64,000 nt of DNA from Cheilinus undulatus (taxonomy: Eukaryota). The stretch's first letter is position 1, and each line of letters starts with the position of its first letter. Shown piece by piece: positions 63,723-64,000 of this stretch. The notes under the pieces were generated by a model. That model was not told the origin of the DNA. It searched no databases and saw only the letters and a program-made list of their open reading frames with translations. The stretch spans positions 26,520,546-26,584,545 of the forward strand of contig NC_054879.1 in assembly GCF_018320785.1 (NCBI RefSeq), written 5' to 3'. Position numbers and translations under genes: made by a program.

Positions 63723-63865
63723 AGAAAACTTGCCCTGCAGGATGGGTGATGTTCCAGTGTTCCTGTTATCTCTTTTCAACACAAAAAACCTCTTGGGACA
63801 GAAGCAGGCGAGACTGCAGAAACAGAGACGCAGATCTTGTGGTCATTGACAGTTCTGAGGAACAG
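63723..63865 (+). CDS. C-type lectin exon 4, first exon of the C-type lectin domain (CTLD): KKTCPAGWVMFQCSCYLFSTQKTSWDRSRRDCRNRDADLVVIDSSEEQ
   Basis: Acceptor tttcacAG, donor cag|GTAATG. This is the canonical CTLD opening CPxGW...CY.FS....W..S...C...A.LVVI.S.EEQ. The gene continues past the window end. Confidence 0.85.
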
Positions 63866-63916
63866 GTAATGTGTTTTTTGTGGAGTTTTCCTCATCAAAA
63901 TCACAGTTTATAGCCA

Positions 63917-64000
63917 TCCATCCACCTATTTAAGTCCACTTATAGATTCATTCATGACAGGCTAAGCAGGTCAGCCCAGGCCTTCCTCTCCCAAGAAGTG
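63917..64000 (-). mobile_element. Start of another LINE 3' tail (same family as 23885 and 56641), truncated by window end
   Basis: ccatccatccacc...cattcatgacaggctaagcaggtcagcccaggccttcctctccc parallels the termini at 23885 and 56641. Confidence 0.55.

Overview
This window is vertebrate (teleost fish) nuclear DNA, not a prokaryotic locus. It shows GT-AG introns, Tc1/mariner, hAT, L1 and other LINE fragments, and microsatellites. There are no CRISPR arrays, operons or defence islands. Most of the window (about 9.1-54.3 kb, + strand) is an apparently complete ortholog of PARP4, the vault poly(ADP-ribose) polymerase. I hand-built 35 coding exons. Intron phases agree at every junction and the peptides align colinearly with human PARP4 through the BRCT, PARP catalytic, VIT, vWA, proline-rich and vault-binding tail regions. 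One large exon of about 1.5 kb encodes a proline-rich, formin-FH1-like tandem-repeat region. Downstream, from about 58.16 kb (+ strand), begins a type II transmembrane C-type lectin gene of the CLEC4/CD209-like class. It shows a cytoplasmic tail, a transmembrane segment, a coiled-coil neck and the first carbohydrate-recognition-domain exon, and is truncated by the window end. Introns and flanks carry many mobile elements. There are at least three Tc1-like families, one with about 200-bp inverted repeats and a nearly intact transposase. Others are a nested Tc1/mariner miniature transposon inside an older Tc1 terminal repeat, a hAT-type miniature transposon with an 8-bp target duplication, an L1 3' fragment with an (ATT)n tail, three 3' tails of one LINE family, a foldback-like element, minisatellite-bearing repeats and a 0.5-kb dispersed repeat present twice inside PARP4 introns. 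All coordinates were counted by hand from the printed sequence and may be off by a few bases.
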